Shown: one piece after another, positions 1-9,630 of the stretch | Layout: each line of letters begins with the position of its first letter | Numbering within the stretch: position 1 is the stretch's first letter | Source of the DNA: Alphaproteobacteria bacterium | GTDB taxonomy: Bacteria > Pseudomonadota > Alphaproteobacteria > Rs-D84 | Direction of reading: 5' to 3' | DNA: 64,000 nucleotides | Assembly: GCA_017503725.1 (NCBI GenBank) | Contig: JAFVSL010000003.1 | Coordinates: 72,272 to 136,271, forward strand | The notes under the pieces: generated by a model | Seen by the model: the letters and a program-made list of their open reading frames with translations, nothing else | Database searches by the model: none | Told to the model about the DNA's origin: nothing | Program-made: the position numbers and the translations under genes

Positions 1-411
1 GGCGCCAGATATTGCACGCGCCAAACGCGAAATAATTCGTCGTAAAATAACGCACAGTTTTTGTGATATTGCAAATTATGGGATTAAACCAACCGAGCGT
101 TTTCTCGGTGGCACGGTTAACTATGTTCAATTCTTTTCAAAGGTTTGTCTGTTTTCAAAATTAGCCAAGAAAAATAAACGTAATATCACCTTGGTTGATC
201 CAACACGTCAAATGTCCGGCTGCTGGGGACAGCGTCATTGGTTTTTGACAAATATTCAAATGCACCATATGTCTCAGTGCAGAAAAAATTTATACGCAAA
301 ATATGAAAATTCCAGTGCAAAGTACGTTACATCAAAACGCAAGAAGGTGACGCCACAAATAACACGTGTTTCTGTGCCGGATTATTTTGGTTTGATGCCA
401 TTGACAGAAAA

Positions 412-1122
412 ATGGAAAAAATAATATCAATGAACTATGTTGATGCGCATTGTCATTTGAATGTGGACGAATTGCCCACCGATATTGCGGTGGCGATAAC
501 CAACGCCACGCACCCCGCCGATTGGTCTCGGGTCGCACACCACGACGGGCGGGGCGGTGTTTATGGTGCGGTTGGTGTGCACCCGTGGCGCGTTGCGAAC
601 CTGCCCGATGATTGGGCGGAAAAAATGCGCGAATTGTTGTTATCAAATCCAAATTTAATGATTGGGGAAATTGGTCTGGATAAAAATCATCCCGATATGG
701 GAACTCAGGTGGATGTTTTTATCACACAATTACAAATGGCGGCGACGTTAGGGCGGGTTGCGCATATCCACTGTGTGGGTGCGTGGGACCGCTTATTGGA
801 CGCGTTGCGTGCCACTGTGCCACCGGCAATTGTCTTGCACGGGACGGCCACGTCGCCGGAAATGATACGTGCATTACTAAAATATAATGTATATTTTTCA
901 TTTGGGCGGGCGATTTGTAATCCCGCACACGCACGTGCACACAAGGCTTTACAAGCCACGCCGCAAAACCGAATATTGTCGGAATCTGATTCTGATAACC
1001 CGATGAATGTTGTCGGCGTTGTACAGAAAATGTCTGAAATTTTGAACCGCCCCCTTGCAGAGATAAAAAATACGATTTACAATAATGCTATGGGTTTATT
1101 GAAAAATGGACAGATTGCATAG
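412..1122 (+). CDS. tatD: TatD-family metal-dependent hydrolase/DNase
   Basis: N-terminal HCHL motif typical of TatD (YDAHCHL); 236 aa; second paralog at 57846-58604. Confidence 0.8.
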   Translation: MEKIISMNYVDAHCHLNVDELPTDIAVAITNATHPADWSRVAHHDGRGGVYGAVGVHPWRVANLPDDWAEKMRELLLSNPNLMIGEIGLDKNHPDMGTQVDVFITQLQMAATLGRVAHIHCVGAWDRLLDALRATVPPAIVLHGTATSPEMIRALLKYNVYFSFGRAICNPAHARAHKALQATPQNRILSESDSDNPMNVVGVVQKMSEILNRPLAEIKNTIYNNAMGLLKNGQIA

Positions 1123-1780
1123 AACACGTTTATTGTTTGGTGATGCAGGCATTGAAAAACTGCGTGCGGCAACCGTAATGGTTGTGGGCTGTGGCGCGGT
1201 TGGTTCCTTTGCGATAGAGGCTCTGGCCCGCACCGGCATCGGTCATATTATCGTTGTGGATTTTGACAGTGTGGATGAATCTAATATCAATCGCCAGTTG
1301 TTTGCACTGGATTCAACCATTGGTGTGGCAAAGGTGGATGTGGCATGCGCCCGTATCCACGATATAAATCCCGACACACGCGTTACCGCATATAATATGT
1401 TCTGGGATGAAAATACAGACCTGGATGTGCGCCCAGACTTTGTAATTGATGCGATTGATACTGTCCCGTCCAAGGTTGCGCTTTATAAATGGTGCGCATC
1501 GCATAATGTCCCATTCGTTTCCAGTATGGGTGCGGCCCTTAAAATGGATGTGACGCAAATAAAGATTGCCCCAATATCCCGAACGACGGTGTGTCCATTG
1601 GCGGGCCGGGTTCGTCGTGCGACGCGTGAATTGGATTTGCCAGACTTTCCGGTTGTGTTTTCAACCGAACGCCCCGCGCCTGTATCTGGACACGCCAAGA
1701 ATATGGGCTCTAACGTGACGGTGACGGGAACTTTTGGATTGATGCTGGCCAATTTTGTAATTAAAAAACTGCTTTCATAA
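1106..1780 (+). CDS. tcdA: ThiF/MoeB-family tRNA threonylcarbamoyladenosine dehydratase (TcdA/CsdL-like)
   Basis: GCGAVGS Rossmann motif, E1-like fold, length 224 aa. Confidence 0.7.
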   Translation: MDRLHRTRLLFGDAGIEKLRAATVMVVGCGAVGSFAIEALARTGIGHIIVVDFDSVDESNINRQLFALDSTIGVAKVDVACARIHDINPDTRVTAYNMFWDENTDLDVRPDFVIDAIDTVPSKVALYKWCASHNVPFVSSMGAALKMDVTQIKIAPISRTTVCPLAGRVRRATRELDLPDFPVVFSTERPAPVSGHAKNMGSNVTVTGTFGLMLANFVIKKLLS

Positions 1781-1925
1781 AATACGGCAATTTGTAACTG
1801 TAAATATGCGGATAAGTAGCCTAGGGAACCTTTTCCTAAATGCCGTATTGCGATTGCGCGCGCCATAAAAAAAGTTTATAATAGTCTTGTCTTGTACCCA
1901 AGACATAACAAAGGAGAGAAAACAG

Positions 1926-2138
1926 ATGAGAGGACTAACAAGCTATGTTTTAATGCCATTGACATTTATCGGTGCCCTGAACTGGGGTCTGGTTGGTATC
2001 TTTGGTTTTGACTTGGTTGCGTTTTTGTTTGGGCCCGCCACATTGGCCAGTAACATTGTCTATGCGATAATTGGTATTGCGGCATTGATATGGCTGATAT
2101 GGATGTTCGTTGACCGTCCGACACGCAACGACCGCTAA
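1926..2138 (+). CDS. DUF378-family small membrane protein
   Basis: Two TM helices with GALNWGLVG motif; RBS AAAGGAGAGAA upstream of ATG 1926 (ORF track start 1887 is probably too early). Confidence 0.6.
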   Translation: MRGLTSYVLMPLTFIGALNWGLVGIFGFDLVAFLFGPATLASNIVYAIIGIAALIWLIWMFVDRPTRNDR

Positions 2139-2175
2139 TGATTTATTGCGGTTATATTACAATTAGTTTCATGTC

Positions 2176-2204
2176 CACGCCCCCAGAATTCGGGGCGTTT
2201 TTTT
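2176..2204. terminator. bidirectional intrinsic terminator (CGCCCC-loop-GGGGCG + T/A runs)
   Basis: GC hairpin flanked by A-run and T-run, between convergent DUF378 gene and tRNA-Leu. Confidence 0.6.
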
Positions 2205-2227
2205 TACAAATGTATAGTTGGATTTTA

Positions 2228-2312
<85 letters not shown>

Positions 2313-2484
2313 CTGTGGCGGGTATGGTGGCACTTCGTAGTCGCCATACCCGCGTTCCGTGTGTGGTCTGGGCCGTTAATTCACATAAAAAAAACACAGT
2401 TTTTACATTCTATGATAATTTTTACTTGATTTCCAGTAAAATTTAACCTAAAATCAGGCGCAGAATAATTAAAAGGTAACCAAA

Positions 2485-2664
2485 ATGGCATCTAAAAAAG
2501 GCAGTAAAGAAGTTGTAAAGCTGGAAAACAAAGAAACTGGCTTCTTTTATACAACTACTAAAAATACCAAGTCTGAAAGAACGGCTGGCAAAATGAAATT
2601 CCGCAAATATGATCCGAAATTGCGCAAGCATGTCGTATTTACCGAAGCGAAAATGCCTCACTAA
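2485..2664 (+). CDS. rpmG: 50S ribosomal protein L33
   Basis: 59 aa MASKKGSKEVVKLENKETGFFYTTTKNTKSERTAGKMKFRKYDPKLRKHVVFTEAKMPH. Not in ORF track (under 60 aa); followed by terminator 2681-2709. Confidence 0.85.
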   Translation: MASKKGSKEVVKLENKETGFFYTTTKNTKSERTAGKMKFRKYDPKLRKHVVFTEAKMPH

Positions 2665-2709
2665 TGGCAAATGGTATTTCAAAAAATCCCCCAATTGGGG
2701 GATTTTTTA

Positions 2710-2979
2710 TTACATTGCGCACGCGTCGCTAAATTCATATGTGCCAGAAACGCCTGTATAGGACACGCCCGCCGGCGCATACATTATGCAATTTGCTGCG
2801 GGATTTGATGTCAAACACGAATTTGCCGTTCCCGCCGAAACTGTATCCGATGGGCACGTTGTCGCAACAGATATTGCGGGTGCATTGACGGAAATATATC
2901 CCGCCGGACACTCTGTTGATGGCGTGGCGGCACTTGCGACAAATGGAACGCAAATAAATAAGAAACCTATTTTTTTCAT
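2710..2979 (-). CDS. secreted cysteine-rich small protein, family B (paralog of 44446-44715)
   Basis: Signal peptide; conserved TYEF(S/T)D(A/V)C C-terminus shared with the 44446 and 49610 proteins. Confidence 0.65.
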   Translation of the reverse strand: MKKIGFLFICVPFVASAATPSTECPAGYISVNAPAISVATTCPSDTVSAGTANSCLTSNPAANCIMYAPAGVSYTGVSGTYEFSDACAM

Positions 2980-3449
2980 CAGTTTTCCTCTAAGTTATTT
3001 AAAAATTTTAGCACTGTACTGGCATAGCCTTCGCCTTCGTCGCCATATGATACACATCCTTGTGCGCATAAAGCATTTGTAGTGACATCGGTCAATCCAA
3101 GTACGTCGGGACTTAAGTCCAGATACTGATGAGAGGCGGGTCTTATCCATTTGGACAAAACGGGATATATCATTTTGCAATAACAATAAACTCTTTCCGT
3201 AGCGATGCTGCCATCAGAGTCTAAATCATCTGCCACATCGCCAACATCTGATAGAGAAAATGTTGCAATCCCCCGATATTTTACGCCGTTGCATTTTACC
3301 CACCAATTCATACCATCAGGCATCTCCTCGGTTCCTTCATCACAAACCTCCCAATTATCCATTGTTGGTTTGAATACACACTGTTGCACTGCAAATGCTG
3401 GGGCGGTCATCATTGCCCCAACCGCGGTTAAGGTTAAAAGTTTTTTCAT
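2979..3449 (-). CDS. secreted cysteine-rich protein, family A (CYCKM-x-YP-x-SKW motif; paralog of 43995-44432 and 50463-50936)
   Basis: Signal peptide MKKLLTLTA-GA; conserved Cys pattern; same N-terminus as the 43995 protein. Confidence 0.65.
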   Translation of the reverse strand: MKKLLTLTAVGAMMTAPAFAVQQCVFKPTMDNWEVCDEGTEEMPDGMNWWVKCNGVKYRGIATFSLSDVGDVADDLDSDGSIATERVYCYCKMIYPVLSKWIRPASHQYLDLSPDVLGLTDVTTNALCAQGCVSYGDEGEGYASTVLKFLNNLEEN

Positions 3450-3480
3450 CTGTATCGCTCCCTTCTTTGTTTTATTCGCG

Positions 3481-3705
3481 AAAAAACAAAAACCACTGCG
3501 TAAAACGAGTGGTCAGGAGGTTCGAAACAATCCTTAGAATTGTGTGCTTATTCAATATATTCACAACCCTCCTGACGCTAAAACAGTCAGGAGTTTTCTT
3601 TTATGTCCGATATTTTCACCAGACACTAAGGAACGGGTTTCGACACCCCATTACAACCATCGGTTATAACACCTGCATTATAACGTATTGTTTTTGTTTG
3701 TGCAA
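3481..3705 (-). promoter_or_regulatory. conserved promoter + structured 5' leader with terminator (copy 1 of 3)
   Basis: -35 TTGCAC / -10 TATAAT, then ATGGGGTGTCGAAACCC box, hairpins CTCCTGAC/GTCAGGAG and GGTCAGGAGGGTT/AACCTCCTGACC, then terminator ACCACT-loop-AGTGGT + T8. Near-identical to 43716-43966. Confidence 0.6.
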
Positions 3706-3789
3706 TTGCTTAGATAAATAAAAGTTTAGTGGTTATCATTACGCGTTATGTGATATAATTCCCATTGCGGAAAACAAAGGAATGGAAAA

Positions 3790-4719
3790 ATGCTGCTTGA
3801 TTTGATTTTATTAGTTATTGGTTTCGTCTTGCTGATAAAGGGGGCGGATTATTTCGTTGATGGTGCGTCCAGTTTGGCAACCCGCCTGTGTATTCCGCCA
3901 ATTATTATCGGCTTAACCGTCGTTGCAATGGGAACCAGTGCGCCCGAGGCCGCCGTCAGCATATCATCCGCATTGCACGGTTCAAATTCGATTGCGATTG
4001 GGAATGTTTTGGGGTCTAATATCGCAAATATATTTCTTATTTTAGGTGTGACATCGATAATAACAACCCTGACGGTCCAGAAAAATACGGTTCGTTATGA
4101 AATTCCATTCGTGGCCTTGATTACAATATTATTATGTTGGATGGGGGCTCGGTATGGTATGATTTCGCGTGTGGGGGCGGGGTGCCTGTTGGGATTGTTT
4201 GCGGCGTTTTTAATCTATCTGTATGTTATATCACGCAATACCGAATGCGACATAGATGCCCCAAAGGCACTAAGTGCAACAAAAATTACATTGTTTATTG
4301 TGTTGGGGTTAATTGCCCTGGTCTGGGGCAGTAATTTAACCGTTGAATCCGCCGTATCTATTGCGCGATATATCGGCGTGTCTGAACGTGTCATTGGATT
4401 AACTATTATTGCCATCGGGACCAGTTTACCAGAACTGGTAACCAGTGTTATTGCCGCCCGCAAGGGGGAATCAGACATTGCCATTGGTAATATTGTGGGT
4501 TCAAATATCTTTAATATTTTGTTTGTGCTGGGGATTGCGGGTGTAATTTTACCAATTCCATTTAACCCGGCGTTTTTATTTGATGGCCTGCTTGCGGTCC
4601 TGGCGGTTGTGTTATTGTTTTTGTTCACCTGGGGCAAAAAAAGCCTAACGCGTTGGCCGGGAATGTTATTTGTTTTAATCTATATTGTGTATTTAATTTG
4701 GTTAATTCTGGATAAATAA
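3790..4719 (+). CDS. CaCA-family Na+/Ca2+ exchanger (YrbG-like) membrane protein
   Basis: Duplicated alpha-repeats with GTSAPE and GTSLPE motifs; about 10 TM; terminator 4719-4750. Confidence 0.8.
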   Translation: MLLDLILLVIGFVLLIKGADYFVDGASSLATRLCIPPIIIGLTVVAMGTSAPEAAVSISSALHGSNSIAIGNVLGSNIANIFLILGVTSIITTLTVQKNTVRYEIPFVALITILLCWMGARYGMISRVGAGCLLGLFAAFLIYLYVISRNTECDIDAPKALSATKITLFIVLGLIALVWGSNLTVESAVSIARYIGVSERVIGLTIIAIGTSLPELVTSVIAARKGESDIAIGNIVGSNIFNILFVLGIAGVILPIPFNPAFLFDGLLAVLAVVLLFLFTWGKKSLTRWPGMLFVLIYIVYLIWLILDK

Positions 4720-4747
4720 AAAAAGCGCCCCATCTGGGGCGTTTTTG

Positions 4748-5986
4748 TTAATTGCATACGACAACATATGGTGGCTTTGATTTTTCAGTGTTTATTCCCG
4801 TTTCGCCACAATCTTTACAGTTAAAGCGTCTGTTTCGGGAATATTCCCCCCCTAATGGTACATTGATTCCATCGATTCCAGATTGATTTACATATTCACG
4901 ATTTGGAAAACCAAAGAACAATGCACGTGTTGGCCCCCCGCATTCGGATACATTCCCATTATAGCATCGTGGGTCTGTGATTTTTGTTTCGTCTGGAACA
5001 CACCGTGCAATACAGGTTTCATTATCCACAATCATTTTTTCGCAATCCGTACACGATGTTTGTGGTGCGCGCAATGTTGCGCCCGCCACGCCATAGGCCG
5101 CATTGTACCGAATGTGTTCGCATTTTTTTATTGTCTGTATATTGGATGGATCACCCACGCATTCCCATTCCAGTGTATTATAGTTTAATTGTGCAACCAT
5201 TTTGTCCGGGCAACTTTTTTCTGGGAACGGGCTTATGCATTCCCAAACACTGTCGACCATAACGGCGCTTTGATTATTCGCGCACAGTGGTTTGCGGGAT
5301 TCGTCCGGTACGCATTCCATCAAATCAGAATCCCACACCATATCCCCGCCACAGTTTGTTTTTGTGTTATAACCCGTACATTGCCAACGGCCAAAGCGAT
5401 AAATCTTGACCGTGCCGACGGGACAGGTGATGTCTTCGGTAATATTGACCGCAATTTCGGTTAATGTATCTGGTATTTCGTATTGTGTTAAGTACACCAA
5501 CTGTCCCGGTGTTAATTCCATTTTTTCTATGATAGATTTTGGTACAATTCGTTTCGTACTGGTCCCGCCAGACATAATCACGTTGTCATTAAATATTCCA
5601 AAAGTGCCCGCATCATTAAATTCAGATTCCAGAATTTCCATCATACCGTTATATTGTGCATCGTTAATTGGTGCGGTTGCGGTGACGATGTAACTGAATG
5701 CGGGTTTCTTGTTTCGTACAATTTCGCATTTGGTTATTCCCAATTTGGAATCCAGGCATATAAATTGGCTGATGATATTATTTTGTTGAACACACACGTC
5801 TTCGAAAGTTGTTCCCTTTATCTGGGCGTTGTGAACGGCGGCGGCGCACTGTGCAATCATTCGCAGGTCTGATTTTTCAATCGCATATTCTGTTTCGTGT
5901 TCTTGGATTTTCTGGCTGGGGCTGTCGATTATGTAATAGCCCGCCATAAACAAAGCCACCAAAATCATAATAAAAATATTCATCAT
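4748..5986 (-). CDS. hypothetical membrane-anchored cysteine-rich protein
   Basis: N-terminal TM helix followed by 412 aa with about 30 Cys in recurring C-x-D/C-x-x-C spacing; no family recognised. Confidence 0.5.
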   Translation of the reverse strand: MMNIFIMILVALFMAGYYIIDSPSQKIQEHETEYAIEKSDLRMIAQCAAAVHNAQIKGTTFEDVCVQQNNIISQFICLDSKLGITKCEIVRNKKPAFSYIVTATAPINDAQYNGMMEILESEFNDAGTFGIFNDNVIMSGGTSTKRIVPKSIIEKMELTPGQLVYLTQYEIPDTLTEIAVNITEDITCPVGTVKIYRFGRWQCTGYNTKTNCGGDMVWDSDLMECVPDESRKPLCANNQSAVMVDSVWECISPFPEKSCPDKMVAQLNYNTLEWECVGDPSNIQTIKKCEHIRYNAAYGVAGATLRAPQTSCTDCEKMIVDNETCIARCVPDETKITDPRCYNGNVSECGGPTRALFFGFPNREYVNQSGIDGINVPLGGEYSRNRRFNCKDCGETGINTEKSKPPYVVVCN

Positions 5987-6051
5987 TCTCCCTTGCGATT
6001 TATTAAAAGTGTAGCTAATATAAGTATAAACTGCAACAGGGAAGTTTATTT

Positions 6052-6525
6052 ATGAAAAAAATAATTTTATTGTTATTGGTACTGGCGGGATGCGGCTTTA
6101 CGCCTATGTATGTTGGTCGTGATTCTGATATTTATGTTGCGCCAATTCGCGGTATCAATGGGATTGAATTGCGCAATGCCCTGAATGCTAAATTTGGTGG
6201 TGCGCGCGATACAAATGCAAAATATACATTAAAGATAAATTTGGGCGAACCAATTACCCAGTACAAGGCACTGGAATCAACCGGTGACGCTACCTGGCAG
6301 GAAATATCTATGTCTGCATCATATTCATTAACGGATACCGCGACGGGCGCGGTTTTGGCAACGGGAACCGAACGTGCATCTGAATCATATACTTTTGTGC
6401 GATATCTGGTTGCGTCAAATGCGTCATACAATAATGCGGTTAAGAACTCGTTAACGGTATTGGCTGAAAAGATTGGCACGCGTGCAATTACCGCAACACA
6501 TACAAAAAATACTGATAAAAAATAA
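6052..6525 (+). CDS. lptE: LPS-assembly lipoprotein LptE-like
   Basis: Lipobox LAGCG; position immediately upstream of holA matches the conserved leuS-lptE-holA arrangement. Confidence 0.55.
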   Translation: MKKIILLLLVLAGCGFTPMYVGRDSDIYVAPIRGINGIELRNALNAKFGGARDTNAKYTLKINLGEPITQYKALESTGDATWQEISMSASYSLTDTATGAVLATGTERASESYTFVRYLVASNASYNNAVKNSLTVLAEKIGTRAITATHTKNTDKK

Positions 6526-7511
6526 TGAAATGGAAAGACGCTGATTTTAATTCTGGCATAGAATCCGTTCGCGCGGTGTTGATATATGGTCCCGACGCCG
6601 GCCAGGTTGATGAATACTGTGACCGTGCGATTGCAAAATTGGAAATTGAAAAAGACAACCTGTTTGCGCTGGATTCCGATGAGTTGCGTGAAAAACAGGA
6701 TGCGCTTTTCGCGGAAAGTTGTACCCCGTCTATGTTTGGTGGTCGCAAAATGGTTCTGGTTTCGAATGCGGGTGACGCATCGGCCAAGCAAATTGCAGAA
6801 TTGATAGCGCACCCCGGCCTGTGTGCGACGGTAATTGTGACGGGGGGTGACCTGCGCAGTGGTGGTGGCCTGCGGTCGTTATTCGAAGGGGGCGAAAACC
6901 TGGGGGCTTTGGCGTGCTATACCGATGATGCGCGAACCCTGGAACCGTTAATTAGAAATGAATTGGCGGCGGCGGGTATTGGGCGTATTCACCCCGATGC
7001 AATGGCATATATGACGGCGCACCTGGGGGGGGATCGCGGAATCACACGTGGTTTTTTAACCAAAATCGCCCTTTATGTAAATGACAAAAAGACCGTTGAC
7101 TTAGACGATGTGGAAAAATGTTTGCCGGATTCTGCGGCGGCGGATATGGATGATTTTTTATATTCGCTGACGGCGGGACATATTGCCCAGACGATGACGG
7201 CATTGGACCGATTGTTGTACGATAACGCGGAACCAAATATGTTGGTTCGTATGTTGGACGGTCATTTCAAGAAATTATTAACCGCGGTCGTTGATGGCCA
7301 GTTGCCACGTTTGTTCTGGAAGGTGGCGGAAAAGTTTAATAATGCGGTAAAGATTTGGCCCGCGGCCGAGATTACAAATGTTTTGATACGCCTAAATGAA
7401 CTGGAAAAGCAATTACGTACCACCGGTATGCCGGGCGAGGTTTTATTACGTGACTTTGCCTTGAAATTGTCTGTGCGTGCGGCACGACTTGCAATAAAAA
7501 GAAGGAATTGA
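6525..7511 (+). CDS. holA: DNA polymerase III delta subunit
   Basis: Length 328 aa, synteny with lptE, AAA-like lid-domain pattern. Confidence 0.65.
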   Translation: MKWKDADFNSGIESVRAVLIYGPDAGQVDEYCDRAIAKLEIEKDNLFALDSDELREKQDALFAESCTPSMFGGRKMVLVSNAGDASAKQIAELIAHPGLCATVIVTGGDLRSGGGLRSLFEGGENLGALACYTDDARTLEPLIRNELAAAGIGRIHPDAMAYMTAHLGGDRGITRGFLTKIALYVNDKKTVDLDDVEKCLPDSAAADMDDFLYSLTAGHIAQTMTALDRLLYDNAEPNMLVRMLDGHFKKLLTAVVDGQLPRLFWKVAEKFNNAVKIWPAAEITNVLIRLNELEKQLRTTGMPGEVLLRDFALKLSVRAARLAIKRRN

Positions 7512-8278
7512 TTAAAATGTTAGCATCTGTTTATGCCCCAAAGGATTTTAAGCGTCTGCGCGTGGTCGGTGACCTGGTTGCGCGTTGTTTTGATTTTATT
7601 TCACCACATATTCGGGCGGGCATTTCCACCGGTGAAATCGATCGTATGGTGGCCGAATTTTTAAAAGAAAATGGTGCGCGTTCATCTGATTTGGGGTACC
7701 AGGGGTATCCAAAGCATATTTGTACATCTGTTAACGATGTTATTGTGCACGGCATCCCCAGTGACGATGTAATTTTAAAAGATGGTGATATTGTAAATGT
7801 TGACCTGACGGCTGAATTCAAGGGCTTTCACGGCGATGCATCGCGTATGTTTATGATTGGAAATGTGTCGCCCACGGCGCGCAAATTGGTTAATGTATGC
7901 CAAGATGCCTTGAACGCGGCAATTTCAATCTGCGGCCCCGGTGTTCCGCTGTCTGAAATTGGTCGCGTAATAGAAGAGGTTGTAACCCCACACGGCTTTT
8001 CAATATCGCGTGATTTTGTTGGTCACGGCATCGGCAAGGTTATGCACGATGACCCACAAATATATCACTTTTATGATAAGCGCTGGGATAAAGTAAAGAT
8101 GGTGCCGGGCTTGGTATTTACGATAGAGCCAATGATTAACACGGGCCGTCCCGAATGCAAGATTGACGATGATGGCTGGACCGCGCGTACGGTTGATGGC
8201 GGTTTATCGGCCCAATGGGAACACACAATCGGTATTACCGAAGATGGCGCAATAATATTTACTGAAAAAATGGTCTAG
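7508..8278 (+). CDS. map: methionine aminopeptidase type I
   Basis: Pita-bread-fold motifs: DGDIVNVD, HGIGK, FTIEP. Confidence 0.9.
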   Translation: MIKMLASVYAPKDFKRLRVVGDLVARCFDFISPHIRAGISTGEIDRMVAEFLKENGARSSDLGYQGYPKHICTSVNDVIVHGIPSDDVILKDGDIVNVDLTAEFKGFHGDASRMFMIGNVSPTARKLVNVCQDALNAAISICGPGVPLSEIGRVIEEVVTPHGFSISRDFVGHGIGKVMHDDPQIYHFYDKRWDKVKMVPGLVFTIEPMINTGRPECKIDDDGWTARTVDGGLSAQWEHTIGITEDGAIIFTEKMV

Positions 8279-8287
8279 GGATACATA

Positions 8288-9013
8288 ATGCCAAAGTCTG
8301 ATCCATTGATGCGTGCGGGACACCGCGAACGTCTGCGCAAGAAATTCGAGGCCGGCAAAACCAGTGACGCCGAAGAGATGGAATTGCTTTTGACATATGT
8401 TATTCGTCGTCGTGATGTTCGTGTCCCGTCACGAAAGTTGACGGAAAAGTTTGATACCGCATATAATGCAATGATTGCAAATCCAGATGATATTAAATCT
8501 GTGCCCGGTGTGGGTGATGCGGTTGCGACATTCTTTAAATTATTGCACAGTATTGTGGCACGGGGATATTACGAACGGGACAAGAAAGAATCTGTTTTTA
8601 TGACGATGGACAGTTTAAAAGACTATTGTCGTATGCACTTGGCAAATAAACCCACCGAAGAAATGCGTGTCATGTATCTTGATACCAAGGGGCGTGTTCT
8701 ATGCGAAGAAATAAATGATATCGGTACGGCAAATCAATCTAATGTTTATCCGGATAAAATCTTGGCGCGCGCATTGCTTACCGGTGCGGCCAGTGTTGTA
8801 TTATTTCATAATCATCCGGTTGGTACCTGTGACGCATCAGAAGCAGACAGAGATATGACACTGGATCTGGGAAAAATGTTGTTACAGCATAAAATACGTA
8901 TTTACGATCATCTGATTATTGATAATTTTGGACAGATATACAGTATGCGCACGGCTGCGCATATGTTGGAACTGGATTTGGAAGAGGCCAGAATGGCCCT
9001 AAAACAAATCTGA
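8288..9013 (+). CDS. radC: RadC-family JAB/MPN domain protein
   Basis: HNHPVGTCDASEADRDMT JAMM-like motif; 241 aa. Confidence 0.8.
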   Translation: MPKSDPLMRAGHRERLRKKFEAGKTSDAEEMELLLTYVIRRRDVRVPSRKLTEKFDTAYNAMIANPDDIKSVPGVGDAVATFFKLLHSIVARGYYERDKKESVFMTMDSLKDYCRMHLANKPTEEMRVMYLDTKGRVLCEEINDIGTANQSNVYPDKILARALLTGAASVVLFHNHPVGTCDASEADRDMTLDLGKMLLQHKIRIYDHLIIDNFGQIYSMRTAAHMLELDLEEARMALKQI

Positions 9014-9619
9014 AACGTCGCACACCTGGCTCAGTTTTGTTGCGCCGCCCTGAATCATTTTATTGGTGTTTAGCGTGTATTCGGTTTTTGTTGCGACCGA
9101 CGGTGTGTCCCACGTATCAACAAACGGGCGCGAGATTATTGTTGCACCAAACACCGGGGTGAAATGAAACTGAATCAATCGCAACGCACAATCGGCACCG
9201 TGCGTTGTTCTGAAACCTTTTGGGGTGATATCGTTAAATATTCCGTTATTATTCATTTCAATTTTGTATTCGTCATAGTCGTGCGCATTCCCGGTTGCCA
9301 CGTGCGTACGTGTAATTCGGTCCATATGTCCATCATTGTTAATGTCGCGATTAAATTCGGCGACGCTTTCGATGCCTGCGCCAAATTCATCCAATGTGCC
9401 ACGTATTACGGCATCGGGTGCCCCCAATCCATCCGAAAATTCACCACCGGGTTTGATGGCGCTTGGTGCGCGTTTTGATATAGTTGGTGTTTCAAAGGCG
9501 GTTGTTGTACCCGACTTGCTAAAATCGCCCTTTAGCATCATAAACATCAGTGCGCATATCGCCGCCAGCATTAAAATCAATAATACATTAACCAGTGTTC
9601 CACCACGCTGAGATTTCAT
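8999..9619 (-). CDS. hypothetical membrane-anchored protein (pilin-like N-terminus)
   Basis: MKSQRGGTLVNVLLILMLAAI resembles a prepilin/pseudopilin N-terminal helix; remainder unknown. Confidence 0.45.
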   Translation of the reverse strand: MKSQRGGTLVNVLLILMLAAICALMFMMLKGDFSKSGTTTAFETPTISKRAPSAIKPGGEFSDGLGAPDAVIRGTLDEFGAGIESVAEFNRDINNDGHMDRITRTHVATGNAHDYDEYKIEMNNNGIFNDITPKGFRTTHGADCALRLIQFHFTPVFGATIISRPFVDTWDTPSVATKTEYTLNTNKMIQGGATKLSQVCDVSDLF

Positions 9620-9630
9620 TTTTTATTCCT

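Noticed and set aside
332-652. Numerous antisense/overlapping ORFs in the six-frame track (for example 332-652, 4215-4637, 6132-6812, 12647-13522, 21567-22052, 55770-56738)
   Set aside because: They lie entirely within stronger, motif-supported genes on the other strand and have biased low-complexity composition. Treated as non-coding shadows.
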